From an uncultured bacterium (GTDB lineage: Bacteria > Desulfobacterota_D > UBA1144 > Nemesobacterales > UBA2774), in assembly GCA_963825135.1 (NCBI GenBank), contig CAWGRW010000009.1:1088001-1152000 (forward strand): a stretch of DNA of 64,000 nt, written 5' to 3'. The translations under genes were made by a program, and so were the position numbers. The notes beneath the pieces are model-generated. The model had not been told where the DNA came from. It did no database searches and saw nothing but the letters and a program-made list of their open reading frames with translations. Positions 47,351 to 56,671 of this stretch are shown piece by piece (position 1 is the first letter of the stretch; every line of letters starts with the position of its first letter).

Positions 47351-47590
47351 TTAAATCAGGTCCTTTAAGGTGAGTCCGTTATCCTTGAGGAATGCGGAAA
47401 TGCCCTTCTTGTTAATCGTCCGGAGCGCGCGCGTCGAAACCCTGATTCTGATATTCCGGTCAAGCTCGGGCACGAAGACGTGCTTCCACTGGAGGTTTGG
47501 GTTCTGGCGGCGTTTCACCTTGTTGTTTGCGTGCGAAACGTTGTTCCCCACGAGCGGGCTTTTTCCGGTTATCATGCATTTCTGAGACAT
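47351..47590 (-). CDS. rpmB: 50S ribosomal protein L28 (non-zinc-ribbon type)
   Basis: C..TGK....GNNVSHANNK.KRR..PNLQ, VSTRALRTI.K; SD GAGGTGA. Confidence 0.96.
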   Translation of the reverse strand: MSQKCMITGKSPLVGNNVSHANNKVKRRQNPNLQWKHVFVPELDRNIRIRVSTRALRTINKKGISAFLKDNGLTLKDLI

Positions 47591-47817
47591 CGCTATCACC
47601 TCGTCTTTTCTTTCAGAAGAACAGTTATTATTCCACAGTAATTAATTTTGTAAACCCGGGCCTGTATCATGCGTCGGTCTTCATGCCCGCCCATCGAATA
47701 TATTATATCAATAATTAGAGGGGATTCCGCGTATAAGTACCATCAATCCCGGATGTAGCGGATTGCCGGTTTTTATTCCGCCAATATGTGACTATTTGCC
47801 GGAAAGCCCGAGACGGC

Positions 47818-48624
47818 TCATTCCCTGACGACGCTGATGTCCCGCTCCGTATTGTTAAACGCGCCGCTTACTGTGTTACCGTCTTTATCCAGAAGCTCGA
47901 GCTTTACGGCGTAATCACCCGTCGTAAGCCCTGTCACATAAGCCGGGGTCCATTCCGTAAGAATGATCGACGTGACCTCTCCCGTCGAATCCTTTTTCCT
48001 GATTGTGTATTTCGCTTTATACCCGTCGGGGCTTAGCTCGACGTTGTATAAATAAAAGTCGAGCAGAATCCTGTCTGAGCCCGCCCCCTCGTACTTACCC
48101 TTGGGCCTGCTGTAGATAATGGCCGGCTTTGATTTGTCGAGCATGAACTCCCCTTCTTTCTTCCCGACATAGAAATTGACAAAATCCGCCGCATCCGGCG
48201 ACTTCACGCTCTCGTGATAGGAGCGGCTAGGAAATACTACGAGCGTATGAGGACCCTCTTTGAGCGTCCCGATCTCAAACGGTTTTCCCGATTGATAATC
48301 CGCCAGATACGGGTCGTTATCCAGTATTATGTGGGCGTGCTGCCCCTGAGCGGAATTCATTATTTCTTTGGCCCTTTCCGTATCGGTCTGGACGCCGAGC
48401 TCGTACTTATCGACGTCGACTACGACCGAGACATCCGGGCTCTTGAGCACTTCTCCGTCCTTGAGTGAAGCGAACCGCGCTTTTGCTCCGGGGAAAGCGG
48501 GAGAGTTCGCGACGGCCTCGATCTTCACTTCATCACCCCCTGCCGCTGTTGCCGCGATTGTCCCTGCCGCCGATCCGATCAGAATTGCCGCAAAAAACAG
48601 TAAAATTATGGAAACCTTGTGCAT
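47818..48624 (-). CDS. Secreted hypothetical protein with two beta-sandwich-like domains
   Basis: Signal peptide; GQHAHIILDN.PY, GPH....F.SRSYHESVK, YSRPKG.Y, LLDFYL.N; SD AAGGAG. Confidence 0.75.
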   Translation of the reverse strand: MHKVSIILLFFAAILIGSAAGTIAATAAGGDEVKIEAVANSPAFPGAKARFASLKDGEVLKSPDVSVVVDVDKYELGVQTDTERAKEIMNSAQGQHAHIILDNDPYLADYQSGKPFEIGTLKEGPHTLVVFPSRSYHESVKSPDAADFVNFYVGKKEGEFMLDKSKPAIIYSRPKGKYEGAGSDRILLDFYLYNVELSPDGYKAKYTIRKKDSTGEVTSIILTEWTPAYVTGLTTGDYAVKLELLDKDGNTVSGAFNNTERDISVVRE

Positions 48625-48729
48625 GTTTCGATGCTCCTTTTGCAATTAATCTCTATATATGTATTCTAATGGTTTAAAGGCTCGATGCCAGTAAAATTTT
48701 ATTTTGACCGATCTGGGCCCGGATAATGC

Positions 48730-48996
48730 ATGATTGACAAGGAATTGCTTGACATAATAGTCTGCCCCGAAACAAAACAGGACCTGGTCCTTGCCGAGCC
48801 CGGACTGGTGGACAGAATAAACCTGCTCATAGATAAGGGAGAAGTGATGAACAGGTCGAAACAGAAGGTGTCCGAAAAAATCGAGGGCGGGCTGATACAA
48901 AAGGAAGACCGTAAATACCTGTATCCGATAAGGGATAACATCCCGATACTGCTAATCGACGAGTCTATACCGCTCGAAGCGCTCAATAATTCTTAA
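48730..48996 (+). CDS. Trm112 family protein
   Basis: ELLDI.VCP..K..L ... YPIRD.IP.LL.DE. Confidence 0.85.
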   Translation: MIDKELLDIIVCPETKQDLVLAEPGLVDRINLLIDKGEVMNRSKQKVSEKIEGGLIQKEDRKYLYPIRDNIPILLIDESIPLEALNNS

Positions 48997-49492
48997 AGAC
49001 CTCCACCTTGTCTGCGGTCATTGAATATAGTCCGCCTACAAGGTTTTCATTGACTACTTCGAACCTGCCCGTGACCCTGAGCGGTATGTCAGTCATGTAT
49101 TTCGTGCTTTTTCCTTCAGGCATTTCCACGTATACAAAATCATTTACCCTAGGCATTATTCCGAAGCAGCACCCCATCTGATTATTAAGGAGCATGAAGC
49201 TTTTGACAACGCCCGAATCGAAATCGATCGGGAGCATGAATCCGGTAATGTTCACTATCTTTCCGTTGAGTTCCTTTACCTTTTCCGGGATCCTCTCGTC
49301 CCTTTCGTAGTCGAACCCTCCCAGGAAATCGAAGTCGACTTTTATTGCCCCGTTTTCAGTTTCAACCGCATTCACAGCGGAATAATCGAAACTCGGCGTG
49401 GGTCTGTAATGTATCCCCAATATAGGCAGGAACAGAATACTGCAGACTACAAGGGCTTTTGTAATCAGCTTGTTCCAGTTTATGCGTTTCAT
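48983..49492 (-). CDS. DUF3299 family protein
   Basis: L.GK.V.I.GFMLP, F.L.....GCCFG..P..N..V.V, V.G.F, LY.M.A. Confidence 0.85.
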   Translation of the reverse strand: MKRINWNKLITKALVVCSILFLPILGIHYRPTPSFDYSAVNAVETENGAIKVDFDFLGGFDYERDERIPEKVKELNGKIVNITGFMLPIDFDSGVVKSFMLLNNQMGCCFGIMPRVNDFVYVEMPEGKSTKYMTDIPLRVTGRFEVVNENLVGGLYSMTADKVEVFKNY

Positions 49493-49539
49493 ATCATTCA
49501 ATTTGTTGCTCCTGATGAGATCGGTTCTCTTCAAAAGAT

Positions 49540-49998
49540 TTACTCGTTTCCCTCTGGAAACCCGAATTTAACATCTTTGAAACTTTGTCCCTTAATATTT
49601 ATAGCTGAAATGACTCCGTCGAAGTTATGTACACCCTTCAATTTGTCCGATTGGGCGGTAAATTCGGAAGTGTCGCCCAGTGTCTCGCCCGTGAGAACGT
49701 TCGGCACAGCCTCTAATTTTAAAATATAGATTATTTTACCCTCTCCTACGCCTTGCGAGTTTACGGTCGTGATTCGAATCTCTATGTCGTCCTGCTCTAT
49801 GCGTACAGGATTTTCAGCTTCCCCGTCGAGAGAATAGCCGGTCAGGGTCCCTGTCCCGGGATCCAGGACAAGCTCCAGGTGCGCGAATTCCTCACCGAAC
49901 TCGACTAAAGTCCCCCCGTGCGGGGCGTGATGTTCGTGTGCGGTTAGAGCCGAAGCCGAGAACAATAGAGCTAAAAATACCGCGATTAACTGTTTCAT
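49540..49998 (-). CDS. Periplasmic His-rich putative metal-binding protein
   Basis: Signal peptide then AHEHHAPHGG.L.E.G...HLELV. Confidence 0.8.
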   Translation of the reverse strand: MKQLIAVFLALLFSASALTAHEHHAPHGGTLVEFGEEFAHLELVLDPGTGTLTGYSLDGEAENPVRIEQDDIEIRITTVNSQGVGEGKIIYILKLEAVPNVLTGETLGDTSEFTAQSDKLKGVHNFDGVISAINIKGQSFKDVKFGFPEGNE

Positions 49999-50043
49999 TC
50001 TTGCTCTCCCTGTAAGATTATTGGCTGGATCCATATTTTCTCC

Positions 50044-51309
50044 TCATGTCGATGGCGCGAGATTAGTCGCAACGTCCGTGGAGTATGCTTTTACGGCGGG
50101 GATTATCCCTGCTCCGGCGCCCAGCAGAACCATGACGACCGGATTTATAATCAGCACCCAGTTAAACTGGAATATGTCGAGCGCAACGCCCGTTTGCTCC
50201 CTGACGATCACTGCAGCCGCGGTTAAAATTGCTCCGTAGACCAGGTACCCAAATAAAGTTCCTATGAGCGCTATCGATGCGGACTCCGCAACTATTGCCG
50301 TAAATACCGTATTTCTCCTTGCTCCGAGCGCCCTGAGAATCGCGAACTCCCGTCTCCTCTCGTTCATAGTGTTGTATATGCTTGCCAGGATGGACCCTGC
50401 CGCTACGACAACGACGAGATACGCGATTAGCGTCAGGATATTGTTCACCCATCCGATTTTTCCGAACAGGTCTGCCATTACCTTTCCGATCGGCCATGCG
50501 AGCGTCGCGACTTTTCCCTGTTTGTTTATCGTCTGATCGAGTAAGAACCCCGCCTGCGGATTTTTCAGCTTGAGCATAACGGCGCTCACTTCCTTGTCTT
50601 TGTCGGGTATTTCCTGCCCCGCGACAGGTGTGTAAATCTCTCCCGCTCCCCTGAGCACGTGTCCCGACATACGGTAGAATTCCTCGATCGGTATCCAGAC
50701 CACCCTGTCGGAAGGTGAGTTCGTAGGTTCCAAGACCCCGACTACTGTGTACTCATCCTCGTGGCGCATCCTTTCGTCGAATACCAGGCCGTGGAAGGGG
50801 TGGAATTTCGAGCCTACCTTCAAGCCGGTCTTATCTGCGACGTAGCTGCCGACGACGGCTTCTTTTTTTTGAGGGTCGAAAAGCCTGCCTCCCGGACTGA
50901 CTTTGAATTTTTTTCCTTTACGGTATTCGAAGTCCGTAAATAATTGTTTATCCGTTCCTACGATCCTCCAGCCCCTGTAATTGTCTCCGACCGCATAGGG
51001 GATAGCGAGCACGACGTTCGGATTTCGTTTGACCGCCTGATACATTTCCCAGGGAATATTCCCGGGAGATGTTTCGAGGTGAAATACCGCGTTCAATACG
51101 AGCTGCAGCTGACTGCCGCGTGCTCCGAGCACGGCGTCGAATCCGACGGGCCCCCCCGTAAACGCATCATAGGTCTGATTTCTTATGCAGAATACGGACA
51201 TGACGAGGCCAGCTGCGAGCGCCACTGAGATAACAGTCACGACCGTCGATAATTTGTGCTGAGCCAGGCTCTTCCTTACTATAAGAAAAATTCCGGTTAA
51301 TTTGTTCAT
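50044..51309 (-). CDS. MacB/FtsX-type ABC permease (ZrgC-like)
   Basis: D.V.GARGS.LQL.LN.VFH, IP...GDNYRG.RIVGT, HG.....H, ERRREFAILRALGA. Confidence 0.88.
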   Translation of the reverse strand: MNKLTGIFLIVRKSLAQHKLSTVVTVISVALAAGLVMSVFCIRNQTYDAFTGGPVGFDAVLGARGSQLQLVLNAVFHLETSPGNIPWEMYQAVKRNPNVVLAIPYAVGDNYRGWRIVGTDKQLFTDFEYRKGKKFKVSPGGRLFDPQKKEAVVGSYVADKTGLKVGSKFHPFHGLVFDERMRHEDEYTVVGVLEPTNSPSDRVVWIPIEEFYRMSGHVLRGAGEIYTPVAGQEIPDKDKEVSAVMLKLKNPQAGFLLDQTINKQGKVATLAWPIGKVMADLFGKIGWVNNILTLIAYLVVVVAAGSILASIYNTMNERRREFAILRALGARRNTVFTAIVAESASIALIGTLFGYLVYGAILTAAAVIVREQTGVALDIFQFNWVLIINPVVMVLLGAGAGIIPAVKAYSTDVATNLAPST

Positions 51310-51328
51310 AGCAGCACCCGCCTACGCC

Positions 51329-52000
51329 TCAATAACTCAGCGTGCGATTTATTTCACTCAATTTCTCCACTCGCTCGAATTTATCGAGCACGTTCTGATC
51401 GTGGCTAACAAGCAGGAGCGCGGCGTCGTTCTCTCCGCATATCCCGCGGATCAGGTTTACAGCTTCGCCCGAATTCCGGAAGTCGAGGTTACCGGTCGGC
51501 TCGTCTGCCAGGACAAGCTTTGGACGGTTTGCCAGCGCTCTCGCTACGGCCATCCGTTGCTGCTGTCCGACCGACAGCTGACCGGGCTTGTAGTCGATTC
51601 TGTCACCGAGGCCCACCCTTTCAAGAAGTGAAAGCGCCAGATCCTTGTCCTCTCCTCTGCCGAACATCATCCCGAGCATTACGTTCTCAAGCGCCGAATA
51701 GCCCTGCAGCAGGTTGAAGGTTTGAAATATATATCCTATGTTTTCCGCCCTGAGTCTGTCTCTTGCCGATTCGGAAAGAGAAAACATATCCTTCCCCGCA
51801 AGGAGTACGCTTCCGCTATCGGGTCTCAGAATACCCGCGATGAGATTCAGGAGGGTCGTTTTTCCGGAACCGCTTTCTCCCCTGAGGGCGATATGTTCCC
51901 CGCTCTCTAGTGAGAGATGAGGTACGTCTATTACCAGAGAGCTTTCTCCTCCGGGGGATATGTAGCTTTTTTTAAGGTCGGCAATTTCCAGTATAGGCAT
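51329..52000 (-). CDS. ABC transporter ATP-binding protein (ZrgB/LolD-like)
   Basis: GESGSGKTT, FQTFNL, LSVGQQQR, ADEPTGNLD, VSHD. Confidence 0.92.
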   Translation of the reverse strand: MPILEIADLKKSYISPGGESSLVIDVPHLSLESGEHIALRGESGSGKTTLLNLIAGILRPDSGSVLLAGKDMFSLSESARDRLRAENIGYIFQTFNLLQGYSALENVMLGMMFGRGEDKDLALSLLERVGLGDRIDYKPGQLSVGQQQRMAVARALANRPKLVLADEPTGNLDFRNSGEAVNLIRGICGENDAALLLVSHDQNVLDKFERVEKLSEINRTLSY

Positions 52001-52010
52001 GTGCGTGTTA

Positions 52011-52544
52011 TTACCTCAGCCAGGGCGGCTTTTCTCCTTCATCTATAGACTCGTTCTTTTCTGTTTTTCCTTCTTTCTGGGCTCCGATAAATAAATTCAT
52101 ATACTTTTCATTAAGCTCTTTTGTAACCGGTTTTGCATATCCCTTTTCTATAAGGAGAACATTCAGCATCTTCCCGCCTGGAACGAATACGTAAGCCGGA
52201 ATGTCTCCCTCTTTTTCCCTCAGCTCCTTATCGGGCTCTACTTTCACGAGCGTCCCTCTTCTCAGTATCGATTCGCAGTATTTCTTCGCTTCCTTTTCAC
52301 TCTCCGCCGGGATGCTGATTCCGGTGAGCCTGATTGTTTCTATGTCCATATCCGGGAGCTGGCAAAAAAAACTGCCGCTTCCTTCGACTCTGACCACGTC
52401 GCAATTAAAGCTTTCGAACTTTAAAAAATCCAGGGTCTCCGCGACTTTTCCGTATTTACTGCACGCGGAGAATATAAGGAACGCTGAAAGCAGCAGCGGC
52501 ATTGCATGCGGGAGACATTTCATAGTCTGCAATAATGCATTCAT
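52011..52544 (-). CDS. Thermonuclease (SNase)-fold lipoprotein, catalytic residues degenerate
   Basis: Lipobox FSAC; IRL.GI..P, AYV, LN..L...GYA scaffold; start 52544 or 52523. Confidence 0.7.
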   Translation of the reverse strand: MNALLQTMKCLPHAMPLLLSAFLIFSACSKYGKVAETLDFLKFESFNCDVVRVEGSGSFFCQLPDMDIETIRLTGISIPAESEKEAKKYCESILRRGTLVKVEPDKELREKEGDIPAYVFVPGGKMLNVLLIEKGYAKPVTKELNEKYMNLFIGAQKEGKTEKNESIDEGEKPPWLR

Positions 52545-52563
52545 TATTTGTCTTATCCTCACT

Positions 52564-53415
52564 CTAAATCCTGATTCTAACCTCACGCCACAAGAGACCC
52601 AGGATGAAAAAGATCGAAGCGCAGACCGCCATGGAAGCCCCTGTCGGAATGGACAGTATGAACGAGAAGAAATAACCGAGCGTCGCCGACAATACGCCCA
52701 TTATTACGGAGAGCGCGAAAACAAGCTTGAGCTTCTCCGTCAGAAATAGTGAAGTGAGAGGCGGGAGGGCAAGGAACGCGAAGACCGGAAGCGCCCCAAG
52801 CGCTCTGGTCGATACGGACGCCACTACAGCTATGGTAATAAGCATAACTGTATTGAGCATTCTGACCGGATACTTGACTAACCGTGCGGATTCTTCGTCG
52901 AAAGAAACGAAGATAAAATCTTTAAAGTAAATGGCATGGATTATCGCTGCTATAATAGCTATAGCGGGAATGATATACAGATCCTTTGGATCAACGACGA
53001 CGGCGCTTCCGAAAAGTATATTCGCTATATCATGAGCGCCTTTGGTTATTCTGTCCCCAAGTATTACGACCGCCCCCGAAGCGATTAAAAACCCGAAACC
53101 TATCACCCCTTCCCGGCTTATGCGCGAATAGTCCCTTTTGAGAGCGAAAAAGAGGGCAGCGAGCGAAGTGAGGGCCATAGACAGAATGAAAGGATGTATC
53201 AAAAATGCCAGCGCTCCCAGGCTGTACCCCTCGAGGTAAAAAGAAAGGGCTACTCCGAAGCTCGAGATTTGGGTGAGCGCGGCGCTTACGAAGATTATTC
53301 TCCTGAGCACGACGTACACGCCAAGGAAGCCGCATATGGCGCCCGAAACCGCCCCTACTATCATCGGGTCACGCCAGAGGAAATAACTGTCTATAAATTC
53401 CTTCAAAATTCCCAT
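52564..53415 (-). CDS. znuB: Zn/Mn ABC transporter permease (ZnuB family)
   Basis: LG.YVVLRR..F, LFGS, SFDE..A, GA...FAFL..P, PTG. Confidence 0.85.
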   Translation of the reverse strand: MGILKEFIDSYFLWRDPMIVGAVSGAICGFLGVYVVLRRIIFVSAALTQISSFGVALSFYLEGYSLGALAFLIHPFILSMALTSLAALFFALKRDYSRISREGVIGFGFLIASGAVVILGDRITKGAHDIANILFGSAVVVDPKDLYIIPAIAIIAAIIHAIYFKDFIFVSFDEESARLVKYPVRMLNTVMLITIAVVASVSTRALGALPVFAFLALPPLTSLFLTEKLKLVFALSVIMGVLSATLGYFFSFILSIPTGASMAVCASIFFILGLLWREVRIRI

Positions 53416-53461
53416 TAATTATTCCTTGTCCCTATACCTGGACTTCTCCCGGATTCGATAT

Positions 53462-54175
53462 CTACAGAATACCTTTGTTCAGCCCGAAGAATTTAGTTAA
53501 ATTAGCTTCGGTCAGGACCTCGCTTCGCCCGCCCGCCTTGAAATATCCGCTGTCTTTGTCGATCAGGATAATTCTGTCGGCATATTTCGTGACCGTATTT
53601 AAGAAGTGGCTTACCATAAGCACGGTCAGTCCGTCCTCGGACCTGATCTTTTGCACGAGCTCCATTATTTGCACCTCTCCCTTTAGATCGACGGACGCGG
53701 TGGGCTCGTCGAGGACGAGTATGTCGGGTTCGCCTGATATGGCGCGGGCGAGGAGAGTACGCTGCTTCTCTCCTCCCGAGAGAGACCTGAATGTGCGGTC
53801 TTTGAGATGAGGTATTCCGACTTTTTCCAGGGACAGCGTTACCACTTCGCGATCTGAGTTCGTAAGCCTTTTTCCCGCGGAGACCCTGCTGTATCTCCCC
53901 ATGGATACGACCTCCTCTGCCGAAACAGGGAATATCGGGTCGAACTTCTCATGCTGGGGCACATATCCGAATACGATTTCTTCTGCCGATTCTATGTTTC
54001 CCGAAACGGGCGGAAGCAGGCCCAGAAGAGTTTTGAGTAGTGTGGATTTCCCGCCCCCGTTCTGACCTAATACGCCCCAGAACTGGCCGCGCTCCACCGC
54101 GAGGTCAAACGGGCCGAGTATCCCTTTATTCTCGTATCCTATAGTCACGTTTTCGAGCCTTATTAATTTCGTCAT
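53462..54175 (-). CDS. znuC: Zn/Mn ABC transporter ATP-binding protein
   Basis: GQNGGGKST, GYVPQ, FPVS..EVV.MG, LSGGEKQR.LLARA, LDEPT..VD. Confidence 0.85.
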   Translation of the reverse strand: MTKLIRLENVTIGYENKGILGPFDLAVERGQFWGVLGQNGGGKSTLLKTLLGLLPPVSGNIESAEEIVFGYVPQHEKFDPIFPVSAEEVVSMGRYSRVSAGKRLTNSDREVVTLSLEKVGIPHLKDRTFRSLSGGEKQRTLLARAISGEPDILVLDEPTASVDLKGEVQIMELVQKIRSEDGLTVLMVSHFLNTVTKYADRIILIDKDSGYFKAGGRSEVLTEANLTKFFGLNKGIL

Positions 54176-54197
54176 CCGCACCTCAATTCTTCGTTAT

Positions 54198-54253
54198 AGA
54201 AAAATGTAGTCCCCCGAGTCTATCGGTAAGGAGGGATAACGGAGGGGACTACA
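54198..54253 (-). terminator. Stem-loop followed by T-run between znuA and znuC
   Basis: 10-bp inverted arms TGTAGTCCCC (54205-54214) / GGGGACTACA (54244-54253); the minus strand continues TTTTT; large loop. Confidence 0.45.
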
Positions 54254-54266
54254 CCAGTACGCGTAT

Positions 54267-55256
54267 CTATCCGCCCGCCTTCGAGGCCGAATGATTCGTC
54301 GATCCCGTTTTATTCTTCAATGCCGAGGTTATGTCGCTCACGATCACATCGAACAGGTCGGTATACGTATTGATCCCGTCCTGTCCCCCTACGCTCGTCG
54401 GTATGGATAGGAACACAGCGCCTGTCTGATCAGCGATGAGCGAGCCCGTTTTTTGAGGATAATAATTTGAAGCAATAACGAGCTTCACGTCCGTCGCTTT
54501 CATTTGTTTGATCAGGTCGGCGACGTGGGATGGCGACGGCGGTATGCCCGGCTTCGGCTCGATATATCCTATCTCTTTAAACCCCACCCACTCCGAAAAA
54601 TAATTGAGGTTTTTGTGATAAGACACTATCTCTGTCCCTTTATAAGGAGCGAGCTCCCCGTCCCATTGCTTTATTTTCGCATTCAGGTTATCGGCAAATT
54701 TTTTGTAATTCTCATCGTAATAAGAGGCGTTTTCAGGGTCTATCTCCTGTAACCTTGCCGTTATCCCGGCGGCAATGGGAATACCGTTCCTCGGGTCGAG
54801 GAGGTAATGCGGATTGCCTTTCGGATGTATGTCTCCCATCGATCTATCGATCTGCGTAGTCGGCACTTCAAGCACCTGTGGGATATAGGCGGATGCGTCG
54901 AGACGTCCGAGGGCATCCGTGGATGTGATCCTGGAGTTCCTGGACCCCGTGATCAGAGGAGGCAGCCAGCCGATCTCGAGATCGAGTCCGTTATAGACGA
55001 GAAGGTCCGCCTTGTTTAGCCTTGTAACGTACGTCGGCTTCGCGTCCACAAAGTGCGGGTCCTGGTAGCCCTTTGCCAGAGTAACCACGTTGACTTTATC
55101 TCCCCCGATTTCCTCCGCGATTGCCCCGAGATCCGGCAGCGATGCGACTATCTGCACTTTCGCCGACGCCTCCCCCGCGGAGAAAAAGATGGATATGAGA
55201 ACAAAAACAGCAAATACCGTGAAGCTTCGAAGAATGTTATAACGTTTCATAATCAT
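54267..55256 (-). CDS. znuA: Zn/Mn ABC transporter substrate-binding protein
   Basis: Signal peptide; DPHF...P, NG.DLE, GD.HP.GNPH..LDP, YH....YF, PG..PSP.H. Confidence 0.88.
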   Translation of the reverse strand: MIMKRYNILRSFTVFAVFVLISIFFSAGEASAKVQIVASLPDLGAIAEEIGGDKVNVVTLAKGYQDPHFVDAKPTYVTRLNKADLLVYNGLDLEIGWLPPLITGSRNSRITSTDALGRLDASAYIPQVLEVPTTQIDRSMGDIHPKGNPHYLLDPRNGIPIAAGITARLQEIDPENASYYDENYKKFADNLNAKIKQWDGELAPYKGTEIVSYHKNLNYFSEWVGFKEIGYIEPKPGIPPSPSHVADLIKQMKATDVKLVIASNYYPQKTGSLIADQTGAVFLSIPTSVGGQDGINTYTDLFDVIVSDITSALKNKTGSTNHSASKAGG

Positions 55257-55276
55257 TTCCTCCTGAAAATATTTGA

Positions 55277-56671
55277 TTAATAAGGATGCGCACCGTGGGC
55301 TCCTATCGCGTATTGGAACTGAAGGAAGACAGCATGCTGGTTACCCGCGTAGTTCTGGTTCAGGTAATCGTATTCCAGCCTGAACTGTGAGAATTCGCTC
55401 GGGCTGAACGTCAGCATGGGCGATACGCGGTATGCCCTCCCCTGCAGCCCCAGTGTCTCTCCCGGGTTGATCGCTCTTGAGCTTACGAGGCCGTCGGAGT
55501 CAGGGATTACGAGCCCTCCTTCTCCTCCCTCCCCGGCGACAGGGGTGTTCGTGTCAGTCAGATCGAACCTGAGGCCGGTATTCCACCTCTTTGCGAACCT
55601 GTAGATACCCTCGGCATAGAAACCGTAATCCTCGAGATTCTCCTCAGGCGTGTCGGCCTGTCTCCACATGAACTCCGACTGGAGTCTGAACTCGGTATAC
55701 GCGCTCTCTCTGAGCGGTCTGTATTTTGCGAACAGGTCGGCTCCGTAGAGGTTCGAGCGTTCCTTGGAGCCCGTTCCGTTGGGACCAGTCGCGAATGAAG
55801 CCCCGAGGTTTACCCCGAGGGAGTCGCTCACTTCGAAGAAATTGGCGAGGTGAAAAACATACAGCAGGTAAGCCAGGTTGTTCGCGTTCGCCTCGTCCGT
55901 GGCGAACGTCGGAGTCTCGACATCGGGGCTGCCCCCGAGGGCGCTAAGCTCCATGAACCAGGGCACGGGGATTAGGAAATCGGCCTCTATGCTCGTCGGG
56001 TTCAGGTGCTCACCCAGGAACTCCGCGGCGACCAGAGGCAGAGTGACGAAGTTCTGCGCGTGCGTATGTATCTGGTTGATCCTTCCGAATTTCGCCCTCA
56101 TGCGCCCCATCCTGAACTGTGCATTGAGGGGCATACTAAAGAGCGACGTGCCGTAAGCCTCCTCGACCTCCACACTATCCTGCTTGAATGAGATGAATGA
56201 GTCGAACCTGAAATACGGATCGACGATGCTCTGGAAACCCAATTCCAGCTCCTGTAAATTGACGCCGGTATTTTGCGGATCGTCCTCGGCAAAAACGAAC
56301 GGGTCGTTCCGGGAGTACCACGCCGCCGCAAAAATGCCTATAACGCTTATATCGGGATTGAGCGTTTGAGCCACTTTGCTTAAAAAGCTCTCCTGCCGGG
56401 GCTGAGGCGCCGCCTGAATGACCTCGGTCTCCTCGGTTGTCATGACATTCTCTTTTTCATTCACTGCCTCTTTCTCTTTCGCCTGCTGCTCGAGCGCCCT
56501 GTTCTTTTCCTCGAGGTCGGCGATTCTTTGCTGCATCTTCTCCATCATCTGTTTAAGCTCTTTTATTTCATTCTTAACATCGCCGCTCTCCTGGCCGAAT
56601 GAGTAGCTCTGGAAACACGGAAACGAAACGGCGACAACGATAAATATCATAATAGTTCTTATGACGTTCAT
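55277..56671 (-). CDS. Outer-membrane beta-barrel with N-terminal coiled coil and GAHGAHPY tail (zinc-associated porin-like family)
   Basis: Signal peptide, coiled coil, NPDIS.IG, E.ELG....VDPY, EEAY, FG..N..H.H, PSEFS..R..Y, C-terminal GAHGAH. Confidence 0.82.
   Translation of the reverse strand: MNVIRTIMIFIVVAVSFPCFQSYSFGQESGDVKNEIKELKQMMEKMQQRIADLEEKNRALEQQAKEKEAVNEKENVMTTEETEVIQAAPQPRQESFLSKVAQTLNPDISVIGIFAAAWYSRNDPFVFAEDDPQNTGVNLQELELGFQSIVDPYFRFDSFISFKQDSVEVEEAYGTSLFSMPLNAQFRMGRMRAKFGRINQIHTHAQNFVTLPLVAAEFLGEHLNPTSIEADFLIPVPWFMELSALGGSPDVETPTFATDEANANNLAYLLYVFHLANFFEVSDSLGVNLGASFATGPNGTGSKERSNLYGADLFAKYRPLRESAYTEFRLQSEFMWRQADTPEENLEDYGFYAEGIYRFAKRWNTGLRFDLTDTNTPVAGEGGEGGLVIPDSDGLVSSRAINPGETLGLQGRAYRVSPMLTFSPSEFSQFRLEYDYLNQNYAGNQHAVFLQFQYAIGAHGAHPY

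Noticed and set aside
55229..55247. GAATGTTATAACGTTTC near-palindrome at the znuA start resembling a gammaproteobacterial Zur half-site
   Set aside because: Wrong spacing for that Zur box, lies inside coding sequence, and does not match the operator at 60097.
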